From contig JAQGDQ010002379.1 of the NCBI GenBank assembly GCA_030141605.1, positions 324,034 to 388,033 of the forward strand: 64,000 bases of DNA. The letters are read 5' to 3'. Below the pieces are notes generated by a model. It was not told the origin of the DNA. It did no database searches and saw nothing but the letters and a program-made list of their open reading frames with translations. A program made the position numbers and the translations under genes. Below, in pieces: positions 39,392 through 54,263 of this stretch (position 1 is the first letter of the stretch; every line of letters begins with the position of its first letter). The DNA comes from Tubiluchus corallicola. Lineage: Eukaryota > Animalia > Priapulida.

Positions 39392-42300
39392 TCTAAATCA
39401 TGGAATCGTACTTTATCTGATTGCTTTATCACAGTGTTGCCATTCTGGTTGATAAAGATTATTGTTTTGGAAGCTAAAAATTATAGTATTTTCCACCATA
39501 TTATCGCATCTTCATGCAAAATTCAAAATTTCTGTGTATTTGCAGCAAATTGTTATTATTATTGTATAATTATGCATTTAATAAGTAACCATAACACCAA
39601 AAAGTACTGTAGAAAACTGGCTATTTGTTTTACAGATTTTATTTTCCACTCATTGTAAAAAAGGTGAAACTGCAAGAGAAACAAGAAAAAAGAACATGAA
39701 ACAAAAGTAAATCCATAACAGACATGCAAAAAATAAATAAAGGAACAAGCATTAGCAAATTAACAAGCATACTGAAGCAGAATTTACTAATAAATAAACT
39801 TCCTGACATATCACAAATCAGCATGCACGCCTACACAAAAACACGCATATGCATATGCAGTTGCAAAAAAAAAACAATAATTAGGCATCACCGTAACACT
39901 ATTAGAAACTACCAAGCTGACAAATAAATTACTGCAAAGTTCTGCATAAAAATGAAGAAACATAAGAACTTACAAACGTTTGAGGATCTGTAGAAAAAAC
40001 TTTAAGCCAGTCTTCAGAAATTAACAGAGACATACTGATTCTACAACGGTGGCATACTGACTTCACAACTACTATACCACTAAAAACACAATTTTTTCCT
40101 ATTCTAAGGCTATCTAACCACTCATACAAGAGCGGCCAAGCATGTCAAACAAACTCTACAGGTAATGCAAAATGAATAATGACACTCTAGAATCAAAACA
40201 CCTGGCTTCACTGTACCCAAGCTGGCCTGAGAGATAACAAGTACCATTAGCAAGTGTAAAATTAAGTTTATCAAAACACAGTAGAATGTCGCTACCAGTC
40301 TCTTTTGAAATTACTGCTTTTTTCTGAAAACTTTGACCACTAATTGCGACCAGCATGGTTTGGATTACAACGAAGTCAAAATTTGTTTACTTTCCCCTGG
40401 TAAGCAGTAATGTTTTTTGTCTAAATTATCGTATAATTATCTGTTATCGTACAGTCTGTTTTTTTTGTATGGTATGAAGCATCAAATTATCGTATATTCG
40501 AATAATTATCATATAAAAAGCAACCCTGTTTATCATTTTCATGTCAGGTAAGTGCTAGAAAATAGAACGAAGGTAGAACTGTAGCAGTGCGTAGTTAATA
40601 TAAAAAAGAGTTCCTTTAAGGGAAAATAGAATGGTGTATAATGTTCTCTTATGATCAGTGATTATTTTATCATTGTTGTGTTTTTAATTAGAAATGCTCC
40701 TTTTAAGGGAAAATTAAAATAAGCTTTTAGCATGTAGTGAACTGAGTGGAATTCTGAAATAGTGTTGTTCCCTATAATAATTTTACAATTTTAGTCAAAG
40801 GATTATGTGCAGTTTTAATAGAAATATTATTTTATGTTCTATGCACTAAGTGGGATGGACGTTTTTGTTGTTGTTGATGTATACTATCTTTTCTCTATAT
40901 ACCAGCTAGACTACACCACTATTGTTATGCATTTGGGAAGTTTTACTTATGGACCAAAGTTGACCTTACCTTTTTTGCCCATTTCTGAAGTTAATTATTG
41001 TAGGTTTTATATTTTAGAATTTAAATGTGCCACATTGTTGCTTTATTAGGGTAGAGGATTGAGTGATATTTTATCAATTGTGCCAAATAAATTAACTTGT
41101 TCTCGGTTAAAGCGGCTTAGGACTATAATAATGGCGGTTATATGCGCCATGCAATTTCTATATTTGAATGAAAATACAGCATTATTGTGTAAATTGTGCC
41201 AAATAAGTTAATATGTTTCTGCTTAAAGTGGATTATCAAGTTACTGCTGTGTTATTTGATTACAGTAATTTTTGTGGCTTTATAAATCGACCAAGTCCAC
41301 ATTAAGATGAAATTATATTTTTTGTAAACAGGATGAAACAGGATAGGAAATAAGTTAACAGGTTTCTGCTTAAAGCAGATTACGAAGTTACAGATGCGCT
41401 AAGCTATACTTTTTGATTACAGTTATATTTATAGCTGTATAAATCGTGGATTGAATAATTAAAATGAAATTATTTTTGTTTGTTTAATGAGATTATTCTT
41501 GTTTATTTAAACTTTAACTATGTTTCTGTGTTACAATAAATGAACTCAAAGCAGAAAATGCAGTTCCTTATATGTTTAAATTCCTGGCAAGAATAAGGGG
41601 GCATTTTATAGTACAATTCTAATGTTGTATATGTTAGATATCATGAAGCAATATAAATTTATCAGAATAGCTCATTGCCACACTTAAGATTTCTGGAAGT
41701 CAGTGATCAAAAGTTATATTACTGCATATTTTATTTAATAAAAACTTTAATTTGGAAACAATATGCAGCCAATAATATGTTAGAATCTTGCTTGTTTCTT
41801 TTGTCACATCAAACTCGCATGTACACAATCTCTAAGAACACTTAAATTGTTGCATGAGGTCTGTCTCAACAGTAAGAACAGCTACGTGTGAGAGTTTTCT
41901 ATACAATAGCTTACAATAACTGTACGATAAAATGATTTACTATTACCAGTTGACAGAGTACCAAAATGTGTAGAAATGAAGAAGTGAACTCATAAGATAT
42001 CATACTAAGTGCAGGTGATGCTACTCATTGTATAATAAATAAAAATTGGAAAAAGTCAAAAAGTTGATAAATCTTGTTGCTGTCTCAGTTGATGTGACTT
42101 ATCAAATGCACTTTCACTGTTTCCTTCATGCACTTTACTTAATCACAGCCTCTTTTTGTTGTTAGCTGATGTTATTTTGCGTAATTTGTTGTGATTTTTG
42201 TTATAAAGTTATGCAATTTGTTTTGTTTTTTTACAGAAGAAGTGGTAGTTTGTTAACATTCTACTTTATTTAATCTCATTTTAGGTGTCAGTTTATGTGC

Positions 42301-42594
42301 GTAATACATATTTATGGTAAAGTTTTTTCGTGTTAGGCTGCTTTAAAAAAATTTCTTATTGACAAATAAGAGAAATGCTCACCTACTATGCAAGCAATTA
42401 TTTAAGTCTTGCTAAAATTAATAAATGATCATGGCAGCAATTTATCGTTAAAAAAATTAACATTGTTAATACTAAATTACTAGCAAAATGAGCTTAACCA
42501 AGCCTAGCCCTAGGTGTCTGATATGAGAGTCGTCGTAAATACGCTGTCAACGCGTTGCCAAACGATCGGTTTTCCTGTTGAAGATATCCCGTTG

Positions 42595-43310
42595 TGGGAT
42601 GTGTGAAAAAGTGGGATGCATCGTGAGGGATATTTTAAATTTGAGTGATATAAACAAAATTGGTAGGTTTGCAATACAGATAAGGCTGAACCTCTTACAG
42701 TCAGTTATGATACTAGTGATTTATAATACAGAAACATGGAGTGAAGTAACAAAAGTAGAAATGGGTAGGATGGAAGAAATTCAGAAGGATATGTTACAAA
42801 AACTAGTAATTTATCACAGAAGGTGTCAACTAGTTATAGGGGTATGCTAATAGAACAGTGTACATAAGTATATACTGTAGGTATACACTTTGGGCATATT
42901 AAGACTCTTAAAAAGTTAACCTGGAAGAAACATGTAAAAGAAAACGTAAAAAAATTATTAAAATTACTGCACATCACCAGATATACTCAAGAACTAAGTT
43001 AAGGTTTTTATCTTATGAGCTGAGCACGATAAACCCAAGCAGTATATAACTGAGTTAACACTAGAACAGACAAAAAGGGTTTTAGAGATAAAGCTTAATA
43101 TGCTACCACTAAAATGTAATTATAGAAGTAAGTTTAAAGGAGATATATGGTGTCCGCTATATGGTAAAGACAGGATCTATTTAGATTGTTATAAGAAATG
43201 TGCTACCAACTACAGAAGTAAATTTCCAAAGTCTGATTGAGTCAGAAGATGCACAAATAGCAAAGCAGTAGGTGGAATTTGTTCAAATAGCAATGGAAAC
43301 AAGAAAAAGA
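42595..43310 (+). mobile_element. Decayed LINE 3' fragment (also at ~56980-57700)
   Basis: YNTETWSEVTK..MEEIQK..L and KLNMLPLKCNYRSK..WCPL(C/Y)G resemble an RT thumb and C-terminal zinc-knuckle region; multiple stops. Confidence 0.6.
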
Positions 43311-43649
43311 AGAGGTGTCGTGCTGGAAATTTAGCTACAATAATAATAGTCATAAATGGTTGATTAGCATCAATGCTGATTACGTTACTTGTGTCTTGCG
43401 CGGTAACATTCCTTTGTGCCTATCTAACCAGATAGAGTTAACACCGAGGAAACAACGAAACAACATGTGCTTACTGGAGAACCGCAACTGCCGCGACATG
43501 ACATAGAGGAAGTTGAGGAACTGCAAGATGTAAAATGTACAACAGTCGTCGTATAGAAAAATATAATCTTAAAGTGAACAATACAAAGACCAAAGAATAC
43601 GTTATACCCACTGCTAATTTAAACATCAACAATTCTTCCTAAATATCTT

Positions 43650-44300
43650 TTAATGACACAGATAAAGTCAAGGAATACATTATTTAAAAATGTGTATAGT
43701 TACCAGTCTCATGAAGAAGTGAAACAGCTTTGTACAAAAATGGGCAAATTTTCCAGGATTTCAAACATGTGGTGTAGATGAAATTGATAAAATGCATCTG
43801 AATTGCATATTAAAAGAATTTTGTAATAAACTTAAATCAATGTACAGAAAACTATTTTTTACAAAGCTACATAATGATCCTAGACACAGTGATGGCAAAA
43901 ACAAACTAAGATTTTATAGATATGTAAAAATCAATAATGAATTAGAAGATTATTTCAAAATTATTTCTAATGAGAAACAGCGACAAATGATTACGAAATT
44001 ACATAACAGCGAATATGACCTGGAAATAGAACGATTTAGATATCAAAATAAAAAAGGGCATGAAAGGCTTTGTCAATACTGTCACAACAATAGCTCAAAA
44101 TTAGTAGAAAACAAATTATATTACCTTTTTACTTGTCTTTTGTATAAAGATATTAGACAAAAATATGAGCATAAATATATCTTTGCAAAAAGGTAACATA
44201 TACTCAGTAATGTGGTTTTTTTCTAATTGCAAACCCAGAAGACCTTATTCACTTTGGAAACTGCTTAAATGAATGTGATAAAAAAGGCAGTTATATCTTG
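43650..44300 (+). mobile_element. Decayed LINE 3' fragment, RTEX-like (also at ~58040-58690)
   Basis: KNKLRFYRYVK..LEDY..RQMITKL.NS..LEIE..RY..RLCQYC..VE..Y.LFTCLLYKDIR, a typical ORF2 C-terminal CCHC-derived region. Confidence 0.75.
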
Positions 44301-45214
44301 GTGGTAATCTGTGAGTGCTGGATAAACCTTGTGCTGTGATTGTGTAATTTAATCTCGTTTGTGATTATATTAATTATTTAGGTTTTGTGTTTTTACTACT
44401 ACTTTGTAGTTGTAGCATAAAGTTTTATTTCGTAAGAGCACATAATTTCTTATTAGATTTAAGTAAGTTGTACAAACTCGTGGTTTTGCAATGTTGCATA
44501 ATTGCATCTGTATTTGTTGTTTTTCGTGTTTCTTGTACTTTGACTTTTTTGCAATTGTAATTTTTTGCCATGATACGCTATTGTATTTGTGCAATAGAAC
44601 AAAATTGAAATTGAAGATGCGGTAATGATTCGTGGAAAAGATGTAAATAACTTGGTAACTTGTAAGACACCGATGCCCACATACAAAGAAGGAAAATTCT
44701 TAAATTGTCTGCTTATTCACATATCTCAATGATTTTTGATAACAATAGACTTTCTCTTGAAACCAGAGTCCGGATTCTTTCAACTTTAGTTGAATCTGTG
44801 TTTTTGTACACTGCTGAGCTATGGACAATAAAAGTTAAGCAACAGAAGGACAGTTGATGCTTTTCGAAGACGTCTCTATAGGAAATTACTCGCAATTAAA
44901 TCGCCTGATAGAATATCCAATGATGATCTGTATAATGCAGTCAAGAAGATTCCTGGTAGTAGACAAATACAAGTAAGAAAATTGCTTTGGATTGGGCACA
45001 CACTAACAGTAAGATTACCTCCTCTTCCTATGGTATTGCATAAAGCTCTTGAAACGACAAAAAACCAAGAGGCTGTCAACTAGGCTGACGTATTTAGGTT
45101 TTTGGTACAGATTTATGATCTAACATGTACATTAGGCAATTTGATACAGACATCATACTATATTCAAAATTTGTAGCTGCATATTTGCCATTAGTTTCTA
45201 CTCAACAGACCAAG

Positions 45215-48200
45215 ATGACAAGTTTAAATAAGGGATGCACTTTGCCTTTATATGTGGTGGATGCTTTCACAAGCCAGGCATTTGCTGGAAATGCTGCTGC
45301 TGTATGTCTAGTGTCACACAATCAGGTAAATTAATGATGATCTGTCATTAACAAACTTTTCGTCTTAATTTGTTTTCAGCTATTTTTATTGCACTGTTCT
45401 TCACTGCAAATAACTTGTGGTCCTGTAGCACAAACTCAGTCAATGTATGTGTCTTAATCGCACTCTTATTTATGTAAAGATATGAGTTTTTAACTACTAA
45501 CTGATAATGTTTTTGTTATTTATTTATGTGATTAACTCAATGAATTAACTGTGTTACAATAAATAAATCATTATATTATAATATTTAAATCGCAGGCTTG
45601 CATAATAAAAATCACTGGTTTATTTTTAGAAATATTGAAACAAATTTAACAAGTTAGTTGAAAACAAAAGTGTCCATTTAGTCACAGCTGAAATCAATTT
45701 GTAATCAATTAAACTTATAACATCAGTCATAATAATGTCAGGATAATGGTGACTGTGCCTTTAAGTTATGTTTGTATTTGGATCTATTATAATAGTAGGT
45801 GTTTTTCATGAAGATTTAGTATAATTTTAAGTGACAATTACAATGAGTATCAATGCAGAAAATGCATTTTGTTGTTGTTGTTGTTGTTGTTTCCGTTTCT
45901 ACGGAGGCTTTGTAGTTTCTTTCTGCAATTCGAATAGATATTCTGAGTATTATTTGAACTGTACAAAACAGGAGATATGTTATATGTTCAAAATCTATTC
46001 CAAACAGTCCGAAGGCTGTGTTGTTTTTATTAGTTGAATTGTGGTGTAATCTGCATTTCTTGGGTTATATTATTAAATGGCTGTAGACATTGTGATGTAT
46101 ATAGTCATTCGGTTATTCTATTTTAGGTAATCGACGATGCAAAAATGCAAAAAATTGCTTTCGAAATGAACTTGTCGGAAACCTGTTTCATTGCACTGCC
46201 AACAGAAAACGATTCGTTCAAGAATTCTTCCCGGTTTGGCCTGCGATGGTTTACCCCTGCCTGTGAAATCCAACTGTGTGGTCATGCCACTCTTGCTGCT
46301 GCCACGGTGCTTTTCTCTTGTGTTGGTAAGTTTGCTAAGCAGGACAGAAATGTAAATCTAGAAGCTGAACCTGAGTCAGTGCTACTACATCAGCTGACAC
46401 TCACAGTAAATCAGCCAGCTGGAGTTCACCATTAAGAATGACAGATTTTGATTCTTATGTCCTGCAGCAACAATTTAGCGTTAGTTTGAATAGTTTTATT
46501 TGTGAACTGGCTTAAGTGATTCGACAGCACACCCCTTTATATGCCATATATCTCTCTATATCTCTCATATTTTATGTACTCACAATGTTAAAAAAAATCT
46601 CCTGGCTTATAATCTGGCAACTCTAGCAATGGATTTATTGCAAATATAATTTAAATCCAACCCTTGGCAAGGCTTATCTGGATTACCAACAAATCAATAC
46701 TAAAATACCAAAATGATCCAATACGTGTGGCTAATGTTGCCTATTTGTGCATTTTATTTAATTTTGAATTGACTGCTTTCTCATTCAAATATTTCTGAAG
46801 TTTAGTATCTCTGCCAGCACACGTACAATATGACCGCATTGCGACCAGTGATTTCATCATCATCATAAGCCCGTTATGTCAATTGTAGACATTGGGCAGG
46901 CAGAACTCTAAAATAAAAGAAATCTGCCCTCAAAACAGGTAAACACAGCAGTAATCTAGCAAAAAAACTGGACACTGCTATGCCAGTGACTTGTTCGCAA
47001 GAGCAAAAATCTTCACAGCTGGCAAAAATGTCAGCTACCTCGACTTCCGTCACCGAGCGGCTGGCACGACTAAAGCTGGGTTTCTTATCTGCTAGGTCGC
47101 CTGTAGAAATAAACCGACTGGAGCTGAGCTGAAGCGGTATGGCTCTGGCTTCTATGTCGATCCCTTAAGTATTTTTCACGTTGTCTTGAAAATCAGGGAG
47201 TTTTTATTTGCCAACCTAATACCAAACGAATTCACTGTGAATTTATTTGTGTGCTAATGCGTTTACTTCAAATAAGCTTCCATGCAGTTTTGCTTTTTTT
47301 CTTCTATTGTTTTTTTAGATTGTGTGCCTTTTTTGCATTTTAGGACTTAAAGCATTCCGCTGTTTTCAGTTCTCATCATATTTGGCATTTTCTTAGGAGA
47401 CTGTCAGCTTTCCCTTCTTTTCATCTGCACTTTAAAAAATTGGAAAAGGAAAATAGTGCCTGTTAACCATATTCTAAACCATATTCTATTCCAATAATGA
47501 AATTACAATTAGGCATTGCAATATTTGATTGTATTGCTAATCCACTAATGCTACGATTAGGCTCTAAATATTTGTGAAATTGATAATCATTATGATAGGG
47601 GGGTCTGAAATTAAAAGGCAGCTAGTGAATATATCTACAGCTATGTAAATTATTACAGGTAACGAATTTACAGAGATTACATTTGATACGCTAAGTGGAC
47701 CACTTGTTGCCAGAAAAAAAGAGGACAATTTTATTCTGCTAGATTTTCCTGCTAATCCAACTATTAGTGTTAACAAGGAAAATGTTAAAGATCTTTTAAA
47801 GGTACCTACTGTTTTGAATGACCTGTAAAACAAGTTTGCCTGGGTTTTTGTTGTAAGTAATTTTATCATTGAAGCTTTTAGCAGGTAGGTGGTTGACAGT
47901 TTGGAAGACATTCTGACGCCTTGGTATATTTATGTATTTTAGGAAATTTCCGGCGTTACTTGTTTTAACTGTGTGTGCTGGCCATGTTTTTCAAATGTAT
48001 CATATGGGCTGTTTTTTTTTGGCCAATAGCTAAATTGCATCTTTGCACAGACTTTTTTGAAGGCATATTACTTAGTATTATCTTACTTGTATTACTTAGT
48101 ATTACGCTTTCTTGCCTGCAATACTCATGTAAATAGAAAAGACACATTTTCTAGCTTTATGTAAGTAAAGGGCTTTCTTGCCTTTTATGACAATTTTTTG

Positions 48201-51200
48201 GTGTTTTAATTAATCCTATTCAGTTTTCGAATTTGCCTGAAGAGGGGAGACAGCATGAGAGGAACATGGAAACTATTCAAAGGTGGGATGGGGGTGGGGG
48301 GGTGGGGGGTTACAGTAATGGTGGCAGTGAAGCACTTGCTGTTACTTTAATGTTTCTTTTTACTGGCTGTTACACACACGTGCATGCACGCACGCGCACA
48401 CACACACCCACACACACGCACTGTTACATAATATAGTAAAATATATCATATCACTCTTTTCGGTGATTCTAGATTGCATAGCACTCCTACAATAGGACTA
48501 GTTGAAGTTTAGCAAACAACTATCACAATTACTAACCTGACATTCTGTGCATTAAATTTAGAAATCCACAGATTAAAGATACGAGACAATGCCGCTATGA
48601 TAAAACTAAGGGTGCATTCAGACTAGCGAGTTTTCTGTTGGGAGTTTTTCTCTAACACCAAACTTGCAAGTGTGAACTGCTTTGCGAGTTACTATCGACA
48701 AGTCATTGCACACTTTCAGACAGTTGCTACGAAATGATTTCCTGTTTAGTGTGAACAGTCTCAGCGAGTTACTCTTGACACGGCTCCCAGTGAATAGAGG
48801 AGGAGTATCAGCTGGTGCTTACTTCATGTTGGAGAATTTTGTTCTTTAGTCTGAACGTGCTTGCGAGTTACTTGGCGAGAAAATTTGTTAGTATGAATGC
48901 TTCATTACTCTCAAAAGCAGTGCGACAAAATATCAACATTCTTGCAACAGTCAAGTCATCTAAATTCTTCTTTGTAAAAAGTATTTTGGTCCGAACTTTA
49001 ATACACTGTAGAATCTTATGTGAATGTTTTTTATAATACAGGTACTTGTTGGAGATTTACCTATTGTTGATGTGGAGTATGCTCCTGTTATACAACAAAT
49101 GATTGTGTGTCTTCAAGATTCTGTGTCCAGGTGTGCATGTTGATAATTTTTTATTTGGTTTGTCGTGTGTCATTCGTTTTGCACTTTTCATTAGCTTTCA
49201 TGTTATTATACATACTATAAAATTGCTGCAAATTGTACAAATCTGCAATTAATCTCTATTTCTATGAAGTGTGTTTGTGTATGTTTGTTTATTTGTTTGC
49301 TATAAAGTCCTGTTTTACTTATTTAACTTCAAATTTGGTCTATTAAGTTGCTAATACATCACACTCCCCATTGAATTATGGGATATGTACAGTTATGTGT
49401 AGAAATCAATTAACAAAAGCTGAAGACAGTCTACTTTTTAACTTTTGGCAGGAGCTCTACTTACATGAAAAAGAATTTAAAATACACTATGTTTCAGTCC
49501 ATTGTTGGGTTCAAATTCTGATTGGATGAAAATTTTTCATTGTCTCATTCTTCATTCATTAGTCATTGATGTTATTATTGTTGTAAGTATAAGGCTTCAT
49601 GTGTGTGTGTGTTTTACCTTCAGGTAAAAGGAAAAAGTTATGTGAGTAGCAAGTACATGTTTGCTGCATGTCTGGTGCTCTTAGCATTGTGCTAAAATGT
49701 GTTATTTTTAGTCTACTTCTTTTGTAATCTTTGCTGTGCTGCTTGTGGTTGTATTGTACAGTGTCCAGAAAGGTAATCCCCCACTTTGCCAGTTATCTTT
49801 TTGCCAGTCTACTTTTTCACCAGTCTACTTTTTTGCTAGTCTACTTTTTTGCCAGTCTACTTTTTCGCTAGTCTATTTTTTGCCAGTTTTCTTTTTCGCC
49901 ATTCCACTTTTTCACCTCTCCACTTTTTCGCCAGTCTTCTTTTTTGCTAGTCTATTTTTTGCCAGTTTTATTTTTCGCCATTCCACTTTTTCGCCAGTCT
50001 TCTTTTTTGCCAGTTTTCTTTTTCGCCAGTCTTCTTTTTCGCCAGTCTTCTTTTTCGCCAGTCTATTTTTTGCCAGTCTACTTTTTCGCCAGTCTACTTT
50101 TTCGCCAGTTTTCTTTTTCGCCGGTCCACTTTTTTGCCAGTCTTCTTTTTTGCCAGTTTTCTTTTTCGCCAGTCTTCTTTTTCGCCAGTCTTCTTTTTCG
50201 CCAGTCTATTTTTTGCCAGTCTACTTTTTCGCCAGTCTACTTTTTCGCCAGTTTTCTTTTTCGCCGGTCCACTTTTTTGCCGGTCCACTTTTTCCCCGGT
50301 CCACTTTTTCCCCGGTCCACTTTTTCGCCAGTCTTCTTTTTGCCGGTTTTCTTTTTCGCCGATTTTCTTTTTCGCCAGTCTTCTTTTTCGCCAGTCTACT
50401 TTTTCGCCATTCTACTTTTTTGCCAGTTTTCTTTTTTGCCAGTCTTCTTTTTTGCCGGTCCACTTTTTTGCCAGTCCACTTCGTTAGGTTAATAATGATT
50501 AACAATGAAGACTTGACGCTTTAAATGCTTTGTGAACGGAAGATATAAATCCTACAGAGCGTGCCATATATCACTGGATTTGCACTGAAATGATGAATCT
50601 GATGCACTGTGCCAAAATCGCGAGTCCAATCGAAAATTTAACATTCAGAATCTGCTGTTATTTTCATTCTGAGATGTTTAGTTTCCGAGATATGCACCTT
50701 TTTGGAATAACTTAAAAATATACATAGCTAGTCCACCAAATTTAGTATGCTTGTAGTTAGGGTAGAGGGCCACCTCAGGTTGTGACCCTGTGACCCTCCT
50801 GAGTTATAACCCAAAAATCATCAAAAGAGGTCTATTTTTGAGAAATAGTTACTCCTGCAGGAAGCGCCATCTATTCAAACGAAAAAAAACATGAAAGTAC
50901 TATGCCTTGGCTATCAGTAACTTGCTTAGCTTTGTCGAACACTGAACCATTGCCCTTTTACAATGCCACAAACATGCCATTGTCTGTATAATGCTTAATA
51001 TACTTAACATATACGACAGTTGCAAAGATTAGTATCTTCAATACTAATGAATAAAAGTATCATCACCATGTTCGAATGCATATACATTGTACGTTCTTTG
51101 TCACTCAGGTTAATAGTGAGTGGGGGCAACCGGCAACCAGTTTTTTAAATGACTATCAATTCATTTAGTGAGCAGGTCCCATGTTGCTTAATTTTGCAGC

Positions 51201-54200
51201 TAATGACACACTGTGAGCAACAAGCTAATTCTGTCATTCATGATGAAGCAATAAAGATACATTTATTTTCAGGGAGATGTTGGAGGCAAGAGCACCGGAT
51301 AGTTTTGCTCTTCCTGCAGCTAACACGTCCCAGATGAAACTGCACGGTGTCCACTTGACGGTTAAAGCTCCGGCCGACTCCGGCTACGACTTTTATTCCC
51401 GCTGTTTTTTTCCCTGGGATGGACTGCTTGAAGATCCAGTTTGTGGTAAACAATGTGCATTGTTTATGTAAGAATGAATGGACATACTATTTAAATATAT
51501 GAATTAATTATAATTATCTTTGCTTTAAAGTAAAGCTAAACAAAAGAAATTATGTTTATTATTCAACCGTCAGTTGCTACCACACCAGCTGACTCACACA
51601 GTAAATTAGCTAGCTGAGTAAAAAGTTAAAAAGAGCTTCTGGGGAATGTTCTCGATGTGCTCCATTTTGCAGTGTCTATGTTTGCCAGTAAGTGGCGTAT
51701 CTACTGGTGTTCTTTTGTAACCGGGGCGAAAGACACAGGCAAGGTTTGGAGTGGAAAACAGATAGAGTATCGGCAGTGGGACTGATACAGGAAAGTTGTA
51801 GGGTGTGAAGAGAACCACCTAAACTGCAAGGGTGCCCAAATCAATACCAAAACACTAAAATGATCCCACACGTGTGTCTAACGTTGCATATTTGTGTGTT
51901 TAATTTTGAATTGACTGCTTTCTCATTAAAAAATTTTTCAAAGTTAGTATCTCTGCCAGCACACGCACACAGTATGACCACGAATCCATACTGCATTTGC
52001 CATATTTCACCCAGTGATTTCGTCATCATCACATGCCCGTTATGTCAGTTGTAGACATTGCGTAGGCAGAACTCTAAAATAAAAGAAATCTACCCTCAAG
52101 ACAGGTAAACACAGCAGTAATCCAGCAAAAACTAGACACTGCTATGGCAGTGGCTTGTTCGCAAGAGCTAAAATCTTCGCAGCTGGCAAAAATGTCGGCT
52201 GGCTCCACTTCCATCTCTGAGCAGCTGGCGCGACTAAAGCTGCGTTTCTTATCGGCTAGGTCGACTGTAGAAGTGAATTGCCTGGAGTTCAGCTGAAACG
52301 ACATGGCTCTGGCCTCTAGTTTTAAGATGAAGATTAGTTTTAGTTTTGTTCTGTTTTAGTCTTACATTTTCTGTCTTAAGTCTGACTGAAAATCACTATG
52401 TCACTGAAGGAGTTGCCAGTTTTATGGTTTTTCTGTTCTAGTGCAGAAGGACTAATGTGGTAATAGTTCCAGTGAATAAAGTATACATTGTAGGCCTGAT
52501 TTTCAAAAACATGAAATGTTTTTTTCAAAAACATGAAAAGCCTATCTTAATTCATTATGTTTGCATGTTTAAAGTTTGCAATGTTTGATGCCAGTAATCT
52601 TCAACTAATTTCTGACTATGTTAGGGTCGGCTCACACTGTATTTGGTTGTTACTGGCAAAAAGTGCTGGGAAAATCAACTTTTCAAGGTAGGATAATTTG
52701 GTGCTTTATGACGTTTATTGTAATTTAACTTATGATGCTTATTCGTTTATGATCTGATTTTGTGTGTTTTTCAGTATGTCAGTAGATCTCAATTTAAATT
52801 CTGTGCAAGATTATTACCATGCTGACAAAGAGCGATATAGGTTCGATTTACTTAATATTGTGCAGCACACTGTAATTCAATGTGTGTAAAGTCCTCGAAA
52901 GGTTAAAAAATGAAAATTTCCAGCCATTGTAAATAACTGTATCTTAATTGACACAATTTTTCACAAAAAATTACAGAATGCTAGAAAATATAATTGTTAT
53001 TTTGAACAATATATATTTTTAGTGGCCAGTCACAAAGTATAATTACTGCCCTGCAATACCATATCACATAGACTTGTGCAGCATATGTTACCGGAACAGT
53101 ATCTTGCTTAACCCTTTTACCGCCTCCATGATGTACTATTATGTCTATTTTTTGAACTGGCTTATGCCTATTTGACATACATATTTATCATTAATATCTA
53201 GCACTCCATTTAAACTCTGGCGAAGTGTATTATCGCTTAGTCTAGTACGTTTAGACAGCTAGCAGGGCCCAGCACAGCTCCAGGAATATGTGTGAACTGA
53301 GTTTGACCTTATTTCCTTGGCTACATAGCACATCTGCTATGTACATATATGTCTTCGACTGTGAGTTCTGCATCATTTGAAATTTGCTGTTTTTGCACAT
53401 TTGTATTATTATTAATAATAATCTTTTATTCGTATAAAAATTTTTATACAGCAATGTAGTTTTAGTATAAATAATTAATACAATGAAAAATAATTTTTGT
53501 TAGTAATTAAAAAACAAGAGATTTAGAGATTTTAAGACAATTTTCAGCAAAAAGTTTAAAGATTTGATAGTTTTGTAGGTTTTAATGCATATGCACACTC
53601 TCTTACTTATTTTCCAGACGATGGACCTATATATATATGTTCTAAACATTCTTGGTAGATATATAAAAATGATCTGTAAAGGGATTATTATTCTTGTACA
53701 CAATTCTACGTGATTTTAGGGCTTTTGGTTTTTGCATGTATTTTACTTTTGATAAATGTATACCAAAACAAATATGTTATTAATTGTGACTTGCACAAGT
53801 TGATTTTCGGGCTGAATTTAGGTGCTGAAGCTGTTTCACTTGCATGACATTATAATTTTGCTTTGGAGGTTCATTTATTGATCTAAATTCAGTTTCATGT
53901 GCAGTTTCATATCACCATATTGCCTCATTTGCAAATAAATATAAAACATAAACAAGTAAGTAAATATATAGGCCTAATAAATTTCCGTGAATGAATGTAA
54001 TGATTGATTGAATGAATGAATGAATGAATAGGTGGGTGCATCATTGATTTTTATTTCGCTTGTTGAAATCATCTCTTTGTTTCTTATGAACAATACCAAA
54101 GTAAAGTTGCAAAGTTGTTATTTTGTCATGTGCTTTGTGCGTTTTTGTAGCTCGTCAGTGCTCAAAAAGAGGAGGAGATGTCTACGTGAATGTACGAGAA

Positions 54201-54263
54201 GACAAAAGAGTCGAGATTGGAGGCAAGTCTGTAGTCATTATAGAAGGAAAGATCCATTTGTAG
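45215..54263 (+). CDS. PBLD: PhzF/PBLD-family isomerase/epimerase, copy 2 (296 aa, 7 coding exons)
   Basis: Exons 45215-45325, 46127-46325 (EMNLSETCF..LRWFTPACEIQLCGHATLA), 47659-47801, 49042-49130, 51273-51445 (YDFYSRCFFPWDGLLEDPVC), 52625-52687 (GSAHTVFGCYW), 54151-54263 (..IEGKIHL*); intact frame. Confidence 0.95.
49780..50482. repeat. 15-16-bp minisatellite (GCCAGTCT(A/T)CTTTTTC variants) in intron 4 of copy 2
   Basis: Directly visible array of ~700 bp; explains the Phe-rich and Lys-rich overlapping ORFs. Confidence 0.97.

Noticed and set aside
49736-50524. 262-aa Phe-rich membrane protein and antisense Lys-rich ORFs
   Set aside because: Products of a stop-poor minisatellite in intron 4.
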